NCBI GenBank assembly: GCA_040388805.1 | Contig: JAZKBE010000032.1 | Span: forward strand, 485 to 64,484 | Length of the DNA stretch: 64,000 nucleotides | Reading direction: 5' to 3' | Source: Pseudomonadota bacterium | GTDB taxonomy: Bacteria > Pseudomonadota > Gammaproteobacteria > Burkholderiales > Burkholderiaceae_D | Part shown: one piece after another, positions 55,802 to 64,000 of the stretch | Position numbering within the stretch: position 1 is the first letter of the stretch | Layout: each line of letters starts with the position of its first letter | Made by a program: the position numbers and the translations under genes | The notes under the pieces: generated by a model | What the model was told of the DNA's origin: nothing | Seen by the model: only the letters and a program-made list of their open reading frames with translations | Database searches by the model: none

Positions 55802-58407
55802 CACGCGGCCTTCGCCGATTCAAGGAAGTCCTGGGCGAAGCGCTGCAGCACGCCGCCCGCTTCGTAGATCGACACTTCTTCGGCCGTATCGAGTCGGCAG
55901 GTGACGGGCACTTCCAGGCGCTCGCCGTTCCGGCGCGTGATCACCAGGGTCAAGGTGGCGCGCGGGGTGCGCTCGCCCAGCACGTCGTAGGTTTCGGTGC
56001 CGTCGATATTCAAGGTCAGGCGGTTCACGCCCGGCTTGAATTCCAGCGGCAGCACGCCCATGCCCACCAGGTTGGTGCGGTGGATGCGCTCGAAGCCTTC
56101 GGCCACGATGGCTTCCACGCCGGCCAGGCGCACGCCCTTGGCGGCCCAGTCGCGCGACGAACCCTGGCCATAGTCGGCGCCGGCCACGATGATCAGGGGC
56201 TGCTTGCGTTCCATATAGGTTTCAATGGCTTCCCACATGCGCAGTACACGGCCTTCGGGTTCGACCCGGGCCAGCGAACCGGCCTTGACCTTGCCGTCGA
56301 CCTGCACCATCTCGTTTTTCAGGGTCGGGTTGGCGAAGGTGGCGCGCTGCGCGGTCAGGTGGTCGCCGCGGTGGGTGGCGTAGGAATTGAAGTCCTCTTC
56401 CGGCAAGCCCATTTTGGCCAGGTATTCGCCGGCCGCGCTATCGAGCATGATGGCGTTCGACGGCGACAGGTGGTCGGTGGTGATATTGTCGCCCAGGACC
56501 GCCAGCGGACGCATGCCCGACAGCGAACGCTTGCCGGCCAGCGCGCCTTCCCAGTACGGCGGACGGCGGATGTAGGTGGTCTGCGGACGCCAGTCGTACA
56601 GCGGGCTGACCTTGATGCCGTCGTCGGCCTGCGCCGCGAACATGGGGATGTACACCTTGCGGAACTGCTCCGGCTTGACGCTGGACGCCACCACGGCATT
56701 GATCTCTTCGTCGGTCGGCCAGATATCCTTCAGGCGCACTTCATTGCCATCCTTGTCGGTGCCCAGCACATCCTTCTCGATATCGAAACGGATGGTGCCG
56801 GCGATCGCGTAGGCCACCACCAGCGGCGGCGACGCCAGGAACGCCTGGCTGGCGTAAGGGTGAATGCGGCCGTCGAAATTGCGGTTGCCCGACAGGACGG
56901 CGGTCGCGTACAGCTTGCGGTCGACGATTTCCTGCTGGATGACCGGATCGAGCGCGCCCGACATGCCGTTGCACGAGGTGCAGGCATACGCCACCACGCC
57001 GAAACCGAGCTGCTCGAGTTCGGGCATCAGGCCCGCTTCCTCGAGGTACAGGGTGACGGTCTTGGAACCTGGCGCCAGCGAGCTTTTCACCCACGGCTTG
57101 CGGGTCAGGCCCAGGCGGTTGGCATTGCGCGCGATCAGGCCCGCCGCGATCATGTTGCGCGGGTTGTTGGTGTTGGTGCAGCTGGTGATGGCGGCGATGA
57201 TGCAGGCGCCGTCCGGCATCAGGCCAGGCTCGTTTTCGACCACGCCGCTGATGCCGCGCGCGGCCAGTTCGGAGGTCGGCACGCGGCTGTGCGGGTTCGA
57301 CGGACCGGCGATATTGCGCACCACCGACGACAGGTCGAAACTGAGCACGCGCTCGTATTCGGCTGCCTTCAGGCTGTCGGCCCACAGGCCGGTATGGCGG
57401 GCGTACAGTTCCACCAGCTTGACCAGTTCCGCGTCGCGGCCGGTCAGGGTGAGGTACTTGATGGTCTGCTCGTCGATGTAGAACATCGCTGCCGTGGAGC
57501 CGTATTCCGGCGCCATGTTGGAGATGGTCGCGCGGTCGCCCAGGGTCAGGTGGGTGGCGCCTTCGCCGAAGAACTCGAGATAGGACGACACTACTTTCTG
57601 CTTGCGCAGGAACTCGGTCAGCGCCAGCACGATGTCGGTGGCGGTGATGCCTTCCTGCGGCTTGCCGCTCAGCTGCACGCCGATGATGTCCGGCAGGCGC
57701 ATCCACGACGCGCGGCCCAGCATGACGGACTCCGCTTCCAGGCCGCCCACGCCGATGGCGATCACGCCCAGCGCGTCGACCATGGGGGTATGCGAATCGG
57801 TGCCGACCAGGGTATCCGGGAAGGCCACGCCGTCCACGGCCTGGATGACTGGCGACATGCGTTCCAGGTTGATCTGGTGCAGGATGCCGTTCCCCGGCGG
57901 GATCACGTCGACGTTCTTGAACGCCTTTTTGGTCCAGTTGATGAAGTCGAAACGGTCTTCGTTGCGGCGGTCTTCGATGGCGCGGTTCTTCTCGAAGGCG
58001 TCGGGGTCGAAGCCGCCGCATTCCACGGCCAGCGAGTGGTCGACCACGAGCTGGGTCGGCACCACCGGATTGACCAGCGCCGGGTCGCCGCCCTGCAGGG
58101 CGATGGCGTCGCGCAGGCCGGCCAGGTCGACCAGCGCGGTCTGGCCCAGGATGTCGTGGCACACCACGCGCGCCGGGAACCACGGGAAATCGAGGTCGCG
58201 GCGGCGTTCGATGAACTGCTTGAGCGAATCGGTCAGCGTGGCCGGATCGCAGCGGCGCACCAGGTTTTCAGCCAGTACACGCGAGGTGTAGGGCAGCTTG
58301 TCGTAAGCGCCGGGTTCGATCGCATCGACAGCTTCGCGCGTGTCGAAGTAATCCAGGGTCGTACCGGGCAAAGCCTTGCGGTACTTGGTGTTGAGTGGCG
58401 TCGTCAT
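55801..58407 (-). CDS. acnD: Fe/S-dependent 2-methylisocitrate dehydratase
   Basis: PARVVCHDILGQTALVDLAGLRD, AITSCTNT, ACTSCNGMSG and TTDHLSP motifs. Start at 58407. Confidence 0.96.
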   Translation of the reverse strand: MTTPLNTKYRKALPGTTLDYFDTREAVDAIEPGAYDKLPYTSRVLAENLVRRCDPATLTDSLKQFIERRRDLDFPWFPARVVCHDILGQTALVDLAGLRDAIALQGGDPALVNPVVPTQLVVDHSLAVECGGFDPDAFEKNRAIEDRRNEDRFDFINWTKKAFKNVDVIPPGNGILHQINLERMSPVIQAVDGVAFPDTLVGTDSHTPMVDALGVIAIGVGGLEAESVMLGRASWMRLPDIIGVQLSGKPQEGITATDIVLALTEFLRKQKVVSSYLEFFGEGATHLTLGDRATISNMAPEYGSTAAMFYIDEQTIKYLTLTGRDAELVKLVELYARHTGLWADSLKAAEYERVLSFDLSSVVRNIAGPSNPHSRVPTSELAARGISGVVENEPGLMPDGACIIAAITSCTNTNNPRNMIAAGLIARNANRLGLTRKPWVKSSLAPGSKTVTLYLEEAGLMPELEQLGFGVVAYACTSCNGMSGALDPVIQQEIVDRKLYATAVLSGNRNFDGRIHPYASQAFLASPPLVVAYAIAGTIRFDIEKDVLGTDKDGNEVRLKDIWPTDEEINAVVASSVKPEQFRKVYIPMFAAQADDGIKVSPLYDWRPQTTYIRRPPYWEGALAGKRSLSGMRPLAVLGDNITTDHLSPSNAIMLDSAAGEYLAKMGLPEEDFNSYATHRGDHLTAQRATFANPTLKNEMVQVDGKVKAGSLARVEPEGRVLRMWEAIETYMERKQPLIIVAGADYGQGSSRDWAAKGVRLAGVEAIVAEGFERIHRTNLVGMGVLPLEFKPGVNRLTLNIDGTETYDVLGERTPRATLTLVITRRNGERLEVPVTCRLDTAEEVSIYEAGGVLQRFAQDFLESAKAA

Positions 58408-58409
58408 GA

Positions 58410-59564
58410 TTATTTTCGGTCCGAGATCGGCACGAATTTCAGGTCTTCTGGGCCGACGTAATTGGCGCTCGGGCGGATGATCTTGTTGTCGATACGCTGT
58501 TCGATGACGTGCGCGGCCCAGCCGGAGGTGCGCGAAATGACGAACAGCGGCGTGAACATGGCGGTCGGTACGCCCATCATGTGGTAGGACACGGCCGAGA
58601 ACCAGTCCAGGTTCGGGAACATCTTCTTGATGTCCCACATGACGGTCTCCAGGCGTTCGGCGATGTCGAACATCTTGGTGGAACCGGCTTCCTGCGATAG
58701 CGAACGCGCCACTTCCTTGATGACGACATTGCGCGGGTCGGACACGGTGTACACCGGATGGCCGAAGCCGATCACGACTTCCTTGTTGGCCACGCGGTTG
58801 CGGATGTCGGCTTCGGCTTCGTCCGGGTTCTCGTAGCGCTCCTGGATTTCGAGGGCCACTTCATTGGCGCCGCCGTGTTTCGGACCGCGCAGCGCGCCGA
58901 TCGCTCCGGTGATGGCCGAATGGATGTCCGAACCCGTGCCGGCGATGACGCGCGCGGTGAAGGTGGAGGCGTTGAATTCGTGTTCCGCGTACAGGATCAG
59001 CGAGGTGTGCATCGCTTTTTCCCAGGACTTCGACGGCTTCACGCCATGCAGCATGTGCAGGAAATGGCCGCCGATCGAGTCGTCGTCGGTTTCGGTTTCG
59101 ATGCGCTTGCCGTTGTGGCTGAAGTGGTACCAGTACAGCAGCATGGAACCGAAGGACGCCATCAGGCGGTCGGCGATGGCGCGCGCGCCCGGCACATTGT
59201 GGTCGTCTTTTTCAGGCAGCGTGCAGCCCAGCACCGATACGCCGGTGCGCATCACGTCCATCGGATGGGCCGACGCCGGCAGCGCTTCGAGCGCCAGCTT
59301 GACCGATTGCGGCAGGCCGCGCATCGACTTCAGGTCGGTCTTGTAAGCTCTCAGTTCGGCCGCATTGGGCAGCTTGCCGTGCACCAGCAGGAAGGCGATT
59401 TCTTCGAATTCGCAGGTGTCGGCGACGTCGAGAATGTCGTAGCCGCGGTAGTGCAGGTCGTTGCCGGTCTTGCCGACCGAGCACAGGGCGGTATTGCCCG
59501 CGGTGACGCCGGACAGGGCGACGGATTTTTTCGGCTTGAAGCCTGCTGCTTGTACTTCACTCAT
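58410..59564 (-). CDS. prpC: 2-methylcitrate synthase
   Basis: [35 protein letters not shown] and FPNLDW motifs. Confidence 0.96.
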   Translation of the reverse strand: MSEVQAAGFKPKKSVALSGVTAGNTALCSVGKTGNDLHYRGYDILDVADTCEFEEIAFLLVHGKLPNAAELRAYKTDLKSMRGLPQSVKLALEALPASAHPMDVMRTGVSVLGCTLPEKDDHNVPGARAIADRLMASFGSMLLYWYHFSHNGKRIETETDDDSIGGHFLHMLHGVKPSKSWEKAMHTSLILYAEHEFNASTFTARVIAGTGSDIHSAITGAIGALRGPKHGGANEVALEIQERYENPDEAEADIRNRVANKEVVIGFGHPVYTVSDPRNVVIKEVARSLSQEAGSTKMFDIAERLETVMWDIKKMFPNLDWFSAVSYHMMGVPTAMFTPLFVISRTSGWAAHVIEQRIDNKIIRPSANYVGPEDLKFVPISDRK

Positions 59565-59590
59565 GGTCGATCTCCTGGATGATGGTGTGA

Positions 59591-60478
59591 TTATTTTTTC
59601 TGCGCGGCGAACAGCGCGTCGAGCTTCTGCTCGAAGTCGTGGTAATTGATGCGCTCATAGAGCTCCATGCGGGTCTGCATGGTATCGACCACATTCTTCT
59701 GGGTGCCGTCGCGGCGGATGGCGCCGTACACGTTCTCGGCAGCCTTGTTCATGGCGCGGAAAGCGGACAGCGGATACAGGACCAGGCCCACGTCGGCGCC
59801 CTTGAGTTCTTCGACGGTAAACAGCGGCGTGGCGCCGAATTCGGTGATGTTGGCCAGCACCGGCACCTTGACTGCCTTGGCGAAGGTGGAATACATGGCC
59901 AGGTCGGTGATCGCTTCCGGGAACACCATGTCGGCGCCCGCTTCCACGCAGGCCATCGCGCGCTCGAGCGCCGCTTCCAGGCCATCGACTGCCAGCGCAT
60001 CGGTGCGCGCCATGATCACGAAGTCCGGATCGATTCGGGCATCGACGGCGGCCTTGACGCGGTCGACCATCTCCTGCAGGGAGACGATTTCCTTGCCCGG
60101 ACGGTGGCCGCAGCGCTTGGCGCCGACCTGGTCTTCGATGTGGATGGCGCCGGCGCCGGCCTTGATCATGGCCTTGACGGTACGCGCCACGTTGAAGGCC
60201 GAGGAGCCGAAGCCGGTATCGACGTCGACCAGCAGCGGCAGGTCGCACACGTCGGTAATGCGGCGCACGTCGGTGAGCACGTCATCGAGGTTGGAAATGC
60301 CCAGGTCGGGCAAGCCGAGCGAACCGGCCGCCACGCCGCCGCCGGACAGGTAGATCGCGCGGAAACCGGCGCGCTTGGCTAGCAAGGCGTGGTTGGCATT
60401 GATGGCGCCGACGACCTGCAGGGGGGATTCTTCTGCGACAGCCTTGCGGAACGCGGCGCCGGCGGATTGCTGAGTCAT
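59591..60478 (-). CDS. prpB: Methylisocitrate lyase
   Basis: [15 protein letters not shown] and KRCGHRP motifs. Start at 60478. Confidence 0.97.
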   Translation of the reverse strand: MTQQSAGAAFRKAVAEESPLQVVGAINANHALLAKRAGFRAIYLSGGGVAAGSLGLPDLGISNLDDVLTDVRRITDVCDLPLLVDVDTGFGSSAFNVARTVKAMIKAGAGAIHIEDQVGAKRCGHRPGKEIVSLQEMVDRVKAAVDARIDPDFVIMARTDALAVDGLEAALERAMACVEAGADMVFPEAITDLAMYSTFAKAVKVPVLANITEFGATPLFTVEELKGADVGLVLYPLSAFRAMNKAAENVYGAIRRDGTQKNVVDTMQTRMELYERINYHDFEQKLDALFAAQKK

Positions 60479-60516
60479 AGTGTGTGGCCCTGAATGAATT
60501 GGAATGTCACTTCCAT

Positions 60517-60532
60517 TGCAAACGCCGTGCCA
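60517..60532 (-). promoter_or_regulatory. Sigma54 -24/-12 promoter of prpB
   Basis: Minus strand TGGCAC-GGCGT-TTGCA, an exact consensus match; divergent sigma54 activator PrpR. Confidence 0.9.
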
Positions 60533-60560
60533 TGGCACCATTGCGGTGCAAAGCCTGTGA

Positions 60561-60573
60561 AATCAAGCACTTG
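60561..60573 (+). promoter_or_regulatory. IHF binding site
   Basis: AATCAAGCACTTG matches WATCAANNNNTTR and lies between the sigma54 promoter and the UAS. Confidence 0.75.
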
Positions 60574-60595
60574 AAACAGAAGGGCAAATGGCGCG

Positions 60596-60614
60596 ATGTT
60601 TCATTTTGAAACAT
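60596..60614. promoter_or_regulatory. PrpR upstream activating sequence (candidate)
   Basis: ATGTTTCA-TTT-TGAAACAT palindrome, resembling the Salmonella PrpR site; extra TGAAACA half-sites at 60572, 60615 and 60650. Confidence 0.7.
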
Positions 60615-60662
60615 TGAAACATCCGCGCAACACCATGCCTGAAACATGGGCTACAATCAGGC

Positions 60663-62237
60663 ATGAACATTGAGCAGGGCGACAAGCCCGTCATCTGGAC
60701 CGTTTCGGTCTCCCGCCTGTACGACCTGTTCCGCGACATCACGCTGGAATACGACCACGTGGCGTCCATCGAGCCGATCAACCTGGGCTTCGACGACGCC
60801 GCGCGCCACATCCGCGAACGCATGGCCACCGAGCGTTGCGACGTGGTCATCGCGGCCGGCTCCAACGCCGCCTACCTGAAGGGCCGGGTCTCGGTCCCCG
60901 TCGTCATCGCCAAGGCCAGCGGCTTCGACATCATGCAGGCGCTGGCCCGCGCGCGCCGCGTGTCCGACCGTATCGGCGTGGTCACCTACCAGCAGCAATT
61001 GCCCGAACTGGCCGAATTCTCCAGCACCTTCGGCTTCACCATCGCCCAGCGCACCTACGTCACCGAAGAAGACGCGCGCGCCCAGATCAACGACCTGAAG
61101 GCGGCCGGCGTACAGGTCATCGTCGGCGCCGGCCTGATTACCGACCTGGCCGAAGAAGCCGGCCTGACGGGCGTGTTCGTGTATTCGGCCGCGTCGATCC
61201 GCCAGGCTTTCGACGATGCGCTGGAAATGGCGCGCCTGACCCAGCTCGAATCGACCCGCAGCCGGCGCACGGTGGTGGCCGACACGCTGCGCGCCAAGCA
61301 CGGCATCAACGACCTGCGCGGCACCTCAAAGGCCATGGAAACGCTGCGCCAGGCGGTGGTGCTGTACGCGCGCTCGCCGGCCACGGTGCTGATCAACGGC
61401 GCCACCGGCACCGGCAAGGAACTCGTGGCCCAGGCCATCCACCGCGAAAGCCCGCGCAGCCTGGGCCCCAACCGCCCCTTCGTGGCGGTGAACTGCGGCG
61501 CGATCGCCGAATCGCTGCTCGAATCGGAATTGTTCGGCCACGAGGAAGGCGCCTTCACCGGCGCGCGCCGCGGCGGCCATGCGGGCCTGTTCGAGGCCGC
61601 CAACCACGGCACCCTGTTCCTCGACGAGATCGGCGAAATGCCGCTGGCGCTGCAAACGCGCTTGCTGCGGGTACTGGAAGAACGCGAAGTGGTGCGGGTG
61701 GGCGGCACGCGCCCGGTGGCCGTGAGCGTGCGCGTGATCAGCGCCACCCACTGCGACCTGGAAGCGCGCGTGCGCGAAGGACGCTTCCGGGCCGACCTGT
61801 TCTACCGCCTGGCGGTGCTGCGCCTGGCGCTGCCGCCGCTGCGCGAACGCGCCGGCGACGTGGCCGCCCTGGCCGAATGGTCGCTCAAGAATGCGCTGGC
61901 CGCGCTGGGCGCCCGCCCCCACCCCGACCTGCATGCCGAAATCACGGCCTGCGCGCCGCTGTTCGAACGCTATGACTGGCCCGGCAATGTGCGCGAATTG
62001 CGCAACCTCATGGAAAGGCTGGCCCTGTTCCTGGCCGCCGAACCGCTGCAGGCGCTGACCCCGGCCTTCGTGCTGGCAGTGGCGCCCGAGCTGGACAATG
62101 CCTTGACGGAACCTTTTGTTCGCCCGATGGTCGAATCGGCCGAACAAGTCCTTGCGCGCTTTGGCGGGCGGCGCGACGAGGCGGCTGCCTACCTGGGCAT
62201 CAGCCGCACCACGCTCTGGCGCAAGCTAAGAAAATAG
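60663..62237 (+). CDS. prpR: Propionate catabolism sigma54-dependent activator
   Basis: PrpR_N (VWTVS.SRL), [22 protein letters not shown] and [14 protein letters not shown]. Confidence 0.95.
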   Translation: MNIEQGDKPVIWTVSVSRLYDLFRDITLEYDHVASIEPINLGFDDAARHIRERMATERCDVVIAAGSNAAYLKGRVSVPVVIAKASGFDIMQALARARRVSDRIGVVTYQQQLPELAEFSSTFGFTIAQRTYVTEEDARAQINDLKAAGVQVIVGAGLITDLAEEAGLTGVFVYSAASIRQAFDDALEMARLTQLESTRSRRTVVADTLRAKHGINDLRGTSKAMETLRQAVVLYARSPATVLINGATGTGKELVAQAIHRESPRSLGPNRPFVAVNCGAIAESLLESELFGHEEGAFTGARRGGHAGLFEAANHGTLFLDEIGEMPLALQTRLLRVLEEREVVRVGGTRPVAVSVRVISATHCDLEARVREGRFRADLFYRLAVLRLALPPLRERAGDVAALAEWSLKNALAALGARPHPDLHAEITACAPLFERYDWPGNVRELRNLMERLALFLAAEPLQALTPAFVLAVAPELDNALTEPFVRPMVESAEQVLARFGGRRDEAAAYLGISRTTLWRKLRK

Positions 62238-62385
62238 ACCGCGCTTGCGCAATTCGGTGCAAAATCTGTATATGCAAGTCTAAAATAATTCCTTCCCTTA
62301 ACTCGGGGGTGCGGCCAACATCGTGCCCTTTACCCGCCTGGCGCCCGCCCACAAGGTGCGCGCCGGCCGCTTCCGGAGGTTTCCC

Positions 62386-63762
62386 ATGTCGCACGCAGCA
62401 CAGCCTGCCCTGTTCTCCCTGATCGGCAACACCCCCCTGGTTGAAGTGACCCGCATCGACACCGGCCCCTGCCAGCTCTTCCTCAAGCTCGAATGCCAGA
62501 ATCCCGGCGGCTCCATCAAGGACCGCATCGGACGCGCCATGATAGAAGCGGCGGAAGCGGACGGCAGCCTGAAGCCGGGCGGCGTGGTGGTCGAAGCGAC
62601 GGCCGGCAACACGGGCCTGGGCCTGGCGCTGGTGGCCCGCATCAAGGGCTACCGCGTGGTGCTGGTGGTGCCCGACAAAATGGCGGTCGAAAAAATCCTG
62701 CACCTGAAAGCCCTGGGCGCCGAAATCCACCTCACCCGCTCGGACGTGGGCAAGGGCCATCCCGAGTACTACCAGGACTACGCGGCGCGCCTGGCGCGCG
62801 AGATCCCTGGTTCCTGGTTCGCCGACCAGTTCAACAACCCGGCCAATCCGCTGGCGCACGAAACGACCACCGGCCCCGAACTGTGGGAACAGACGCAGCA
62901 CAAGATCGACGCGATCGTGGTGGGTGTGGGCTCGTCCGGCACGCTGACCGGCCTGTCGCACTACTTCAACAAGGTGCAGCCCGAACTTGAATTCGTGCTG
63001 GCCGACCCGAAAGGCTCGATCCTGGCCGACTACATCAACACCGGCGTGCTGCGCGACGATGCCGGCTCGTGGGCGGTCGAAGGCATCGGCGAAGACTTCA
63101 TTCCCGCCATCGCCGACCTGTCGCGCGTGACAAGCGCCTACACCATCAGCGACGAGGAAAGCTTCAACACGGCGCGCATGCTGCTCAGCGAAGAAGGCAT
63201 CCTGGCCGGTTCGTCCTCCGGCACGCTGCTGGCCGCGGCCCTGAAATACTGCCGCGCCCAGACCGAGCCGAAACGCGTGGTCACCTTCGTGTGCGACACC
63301 GGCACCCGCTACCTCACCAAGGTCTACAGCGACGGCTGGATGGTCGACCAGGGCTTTCTGCAGCGTCCCAAGCTGGGCGACCTGCGCGACCTGATCGGGC
63401 GCCGCTTCGACGATGGCGACGTGGTCACCGTGGCGCCTTCCGACACCCTGCTCACCGCCTTCAACCGCATGCGCAGCGCCGACCTGGCGCAGCTGCCGGT
63501 CATCGACAATGGCCAGCTCGCTGGTATCATCGACGAATCGGACCTGTTGATGCACGTGACGAGCGAACCATCGCGCTTTGCAGGCCTGGTCAGCAGCACC
63601 ATGACGTCGCAACTGCAAACGCTAGCGCCGTCGGCCAGCATGGCGCAGCTGCGCGGCATTCTCGATCACGGCCTGACCGCCGTGATCAGCGACGGCGAAC
63701 GTTTCTACGGCCTGATTACGCGTTTCGACCTTCTTAACCACATGCGCAGGACTCTTTCGTGA
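62386..63762 (+). CDS. Cystathionine beta-synthase (PLP) with C-terminal CBS domains
   Basis: IGNTPL, NPGGSIKDR, EATAGNTG, GVGSSGT and VEGIG motifs; CBS pair at the C-terminus; no heme domain. Confidence 0.88.
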   Translation: MSHAAQPALFSLIGNTPLVEVTRIDTGPCQLFLKLECQNPGGSIKDRIGRAMIEAAEADGSLKPGGVVVEATAGNTGLGLALVARIKGYRVVLVVPDKMAVEKILHLKALGAEIHLTRSDVGKGHPEYYQDYAARLAREIPGSWFADQFNNPANPLAHETTTGPELWEQTQHKIDAIVVGVGSSGTLTGLSHYFNKVQPELEFVLADPKGSILADYINTGVLRDDAGSWAVEGIGEDFIPAIADLSRVTSAYTISDEESFNTARMLLSEEGILAGSSSGTLLAAALKYCRAQTEPKRVVTFVCDTGTRYLTKVYSDGWMVDQGFLQRPKLGDLRDLIGRRFDDGDVVTVAPSDTLLTAFNRMRSADLAQLPVIDNGQLAGIIDESDLLMHVTSEPSRFAGLVSSTMTSQLQTLAPSASMAQLRGILDHGLTAVISDGERFYGLITRFDLLNHMRRTLS

Positions 63763-64000
63763 GCAAAACCGTGACCAAAAAGCATATATCCACACGCGTC
63801 ATCCATGCAGGCCAGTTTCCGGACCCGACCACGGGCGCGGTCATGCCGCCCATTTACGCCACCTCCACCTTCGTGCAGGAGAGCCCGGGCGTGCACAAGG
63901 GCCTCGACTACGGCCGTTCGCACAATCCCACGCGCTGGGCGCTGGAGCGCTGCGTGGCGGACCTGGAAAGCGGGGCCCAGGCGTTTGCCTTCGCGTCCGG
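63759..64000 (+). CDS. Cystathionine gamma-lyase/synthase family, 5' part (runs off the right edge)
   Basis: Manual translation from GTG at 63759: TRVIHAGQFPDPTTGAVMPPIYATSTFVQ...DYGRSHNPTR...LE.GAQAFAFAS. Confidence 0.9.
   Translation, partial: MSKTVTKKHISTRVIHAGQFPDPTTGAVMPPIYATSTFVQESPGVHKGLDYGRSHNPTRWALERCVADLESGAQAFAFAS

Overview
High-GC betaproteobacterial chromosome segment. Gene content and order are Oxalobacteraceae/Massilia-like; this is inferred, not searched. Housekeeping genes: orn (partial), M48 peptidase-phhB-rsgA, argF-argG, ppnP, murB, yajQ, a porin, the cysB / cysI-DUF934-cysH-cysD-cysN-cobA sulfate assimilation cluster, lptF-lptG-cbiX, pepA, xth, the prpR / prpB-prpC-acnD-prpF methylcitrate cluster, and a cystathionine beta-synthase / gamma-lyase pair running off the right edge. 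Signalling and accessory loci: an orphan TPR-GAF histidine kinase, a complete Wsp (wspABCDEFR) cluster with a CHASE3 receptor, a LytS/LytTR pair, a multi-PAS GGDEF-EAL protein, a pullulanase lipoprotein with a HexR-like box, and a Fur-boxed hemP plus unknown ORF. The best candidate for an undescribed system is 38450-43771. It has a LacI repressor with three helically phased operators, a TonB-dependent receptor, and a CBM48-GH13 protein. The GH13 keeps its nucleophile Asp, but the acid/base Glu, the second Asp and both conserved His are replaced (Q, E, R, K), suggesting uptake and processing of a non-standard glycoside. Also notable are a FabX/UfaA-like flavoprotein and two copies of a REPIN-like palindromic element. 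No rRNA, tRNA, CRISPR array, integrase or transposase was seen. All motif calls are by eye; no database search was run.
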